A stretch of DNA of 64,000 bases, from NCBI RefSeq assembly GCF_009914755.1, contig NC_060928.1; one strand, 5' to 3'. A program made the translations under genes and the position numbers. Source of the stretch: the human T2T-CHM13v2.0 reference genome, Homo sapiens. This document shows, piece by piece, positions 61,448 through 64,000 of the stretch. A model generated the notes under the pieces. It saw nothing but the letters and a program-made list of their open reading frames with translations. It was not told the origin of the DNA and did not search any database. Position 1 is the first letter of the stretch, and every line of letters begins with the position of its first letter.

Positions 61448-62595
61448 TTAGAGAAGAAGATATTTCTCAGAATAAATTAAGTCAGGGTAAACTCAAAGTT
61501 GCTAATTTCCATTTCGTAAGAAATTATTTCATCAATAACATTATGATGATACCCTTTTAAATTATGTTTTTATAATTTCAATGCCCTTTTGTTAAATATT
61601 CTACCATAGGAAAAGTTAAGAGTTAGTGTGAGAAGGAAAAAGGATCTTCCCTTTAAAGATCGTTGAAGTTAAGAGTTAGTAACGATCTTAAAGGATCTTC
61701 TCTTCTCCCATTAAATCTTAACTTCCAGTCATTTCTCTAGGGCAACAGGCTTAAATTATTTCTCATCTTAAAAAAAACAAATAATAACAATATCCCATGG
61801 TGCCTAACTTCTTTAGAAAGTTGTGCATAAATATATAAAAATATACCTATACCTACATATGCGTATGCATACAGAAATATATATACATATATATATACAT
61901 ACACACACACATATTCAGCCATTACTCTTCCCTCATGGAAATGTTCTTAGGTACCCGTTATTTTTTCTTAATAGTATATTTGGATGTTCAAAGTAAAACT
62001 GTCATTTAACAACTATTAAGTACCTACTGAGTTCCAAATACCACTCTAGATATTGGGAAACAAATAAGGTATAATACACGCTTTCAAATACATTTAGAGT
62101 TTTGTGGGGAAGTGTTCTGGGTTGAATAGTGCCCCCAAAACTTTATGTCTACCTGGACCTCACAATGTGACCTTAATTGGAAATAGGGTCTTTGCAGATT
62201 CATTGAGTAAAGTTAATATGAGTTAGTATAATAAGAATTGATATAAGAATGGTTTCAGTTTAAATAAAACTCTTTAAAATACTGATACATACCAGTCCTT
62301 CTCTGTCAACATGGTTGTCCTAGATAAAAAATTATAAAGGACATAACAATGAAGATGGGGATCAGGGAGGAAATGGCATTTCATTAGTTCCTCAGTGGTT
62401 GATAAGCCTGTTCTTATACCTTGTATTGCACTCATTCATTTAACAAAGTGGTTGATCATTCTGACTACAGTATAAGAGTTTTTAGTGAGGTTTCCAGCCA
62501 TCCCTAAAACTTTAAAACATAATACTAAAGATGTGTGAAATAAAATTATCAGTCACATATCTGATGAGTTTCCATCAGACAAGTGAGCAGGCCAC

Positions 62596-62761
62596 TCAAA
62601 GCCTCTTCAGCCCCCTTGCTTTCTCCTCGATTATCCAAGCTTTACAAAGTCAAACTGCATATGGAGTGCTTTAATCTTTGAACGTACGGCTGCATCAGAC
62701 CTTTCCCAGCTCTTCTCACACTTTTAATGGATCCAATTCACCTCCTTTCCAAGGAGCATGT
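62596..62761 (-). pseudogene. Fossil exon (SecA motif Ia-like)
   Basis: Acceptor ccctgtcacttacctAG; MLLGKEVNWIH*KCEKSWERSDAAVRSKIKALHMQFDFVKL; donor position uncertain. Confidence 0.7.
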
Positions 62762-62893
62762 CTAGGTAAGTGACAGGGTGACGATAATGCCTTGGCCACA
62801 CAGGCCTCAGAAAAGAATGGTGACTAACGATTAAATGCTTAGCATGCCAGCCCACATAAACCACAAACCATGAAGCCAGGGATTAAGACTCAC

Positions 62894-63014
62894 TGGCAGC
62901 ACATCGCCCAGGAAGTCAGCTTTCAACTAGAACTAAATCAGTTTTAAATAACAACATTTCTTGGGTCTCTTCCATCATCATATTGTGCAACTTTATACTT
63001 CGGGTTTATTTGGA
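62894..63014 (-). pseudogene. Fossil exon (degenerate Walker-A position)
   Basis: Acceptor gtttttatatttttAG, donor GTGAGT; 121 nt, phase 1->1 with a 1-nt frameshift; QINPKYKVAQYDDGRDPRNVV/KTDLVLVES*LPGRCAA. Confidence 0.8.
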
Positions 63015-63429
63015 CTAAAAATATAAAAACATCTAAACCTACTTTATAACTGCTATATATTGACGTTAAAAGGAAACCAAAATAACAATAAAAGACACCA
63101 GGAAATTGGGACTTCTTAGATAAACTTAGCTGTGTGGTATTTTGCTTCCCTTTCACTAGAATTAGAAAAATAAATGGCCCACTTTCTAGAAGTGGAGAGT
63201 GAAAGGGAGGGAAAGAGAAAAATTGAGAGGAAGAAAACATTTAAGTAACAAGAAAGCAACAGGATAGGAAAAATATCAAGTCTTCAGAATAGTAAGGAAA
63301 TGGAACTCTAATAATGTTAAAGAATGCAAAGATGATAAGAAACCAGCTACTCTTGGCATCGTATGAAAAAGTGTGAGAGAAGAACCTGAACTATGTGCAG
63401 CTTGCATGTAGTCACTGAGTCCCCCCTAC

Positions 63430-63626
63430 TCCCCTGCCCTGGCCAGTTTTTCATTTCCTCTCTGATATCATTTAAACTTCAAAGACCATCCATCACTCCT
63501 TCATTGAGAAATGCCTGCTTTCCCAGAAACAACACCAGGGCAGCTTTTTATGCCATTACTGGCATTTTATCAAAGTAAAATTTCCATGGGTTTTTCTCTC
63601 AGAGGCTATTCCAGGGCTTGTTTTTT
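63430..63626 (-). pseudogene. Fossil exon (SecA Q-motif-like)
   Basis: Acceptor ccttccttttttgtAG, donor GTAGGG; 197 nt, phase 2->1; KNKPWNSL*EKNPWKFYFDKMPVMA*KAALVLFLGKQAFLNEGVMDGL*SLNDIREEMKNWPGQG. Confidence 0.8.
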
Positions 63627-63857
63627 CTACAAAAAAGGAAGGCAATTTAAACGTGTGTGTGTGTGTGTGTGTATTTCCAGTTCTATCTATATCTATATTT
63701 CAACAGAATTACAATTTCTGTAGGAATCAAAATTTGAATAAAGTAAATAATATACTTCAAAATCTTTATTATAAACATTTCATTGACAATATAGAAAGGA
63801 AATTGATACAGCATTAGCAATAAAAATTTTTGTGGCTAGTTGAGCTCCTGGGATCAC

Positions 63858-64000
63858 CTCCTGCCCCGATCCGTGTAGCCAGCAGCTGCCTCTATACGCT
63901 TTCAAGTGCTGTGCCTGCTGCTTACAACTCTCTTCTCCTCCTACCACCACAACTCTGTCAGGTCACTGTTCAATTGTTCTCACATCAGAGAGCCCCTCGC
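63858..64000 (-). pseudogene. Fossil exon, truncated by window edge
   Basis: ARGSLM*EQLNSDLTELWW*EEKRVVSSRHST*KRIEAAAGYTDRGR; donor AG|GTGATC, phase 2 matches next exon. Confidence 0.5.

Overview
AT-rich primate genomic DNA; AluY and an L1PA3-like element point to a hominoid, probably human. It is dense in interspersed repeats (Alu, L1, L2, L3/CR1, MIR, MaLR/ERVL LTRs, Tigger, MADE1) and contains no intact protein-coding gene. The main signal is not visible in the ORF track. The non-repeat islands on the minus strand form a chain of about 40 AG...GT-bounded, largely phase-compatible fossil exons spanning the whole window (about 7.6 kb, roughly 2,500 codons), with many stops, frameshifts and several broken acceptors. 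The exons at 55.5-63.6 kb translate into a colinear series of degenerate SecA (SF2 translocase) motifs. I interpret the window as an unprocessed, probably unitary, pseudogene of a very large SecA-like animal protein; this was inferred by eye and needs a homology search. An inverted local copy of one exon (16919-17163) preserves older sequence and orders the inactivating lesions. Other observations are two twin-primed L1 insertions, an Alu plus L1-3'-end composite inside one TSD, and several local templated-insertion or fold-back scars. Repeat subfamily names come from recalled consensus sequences, and boundaries of old repeats are approximate.
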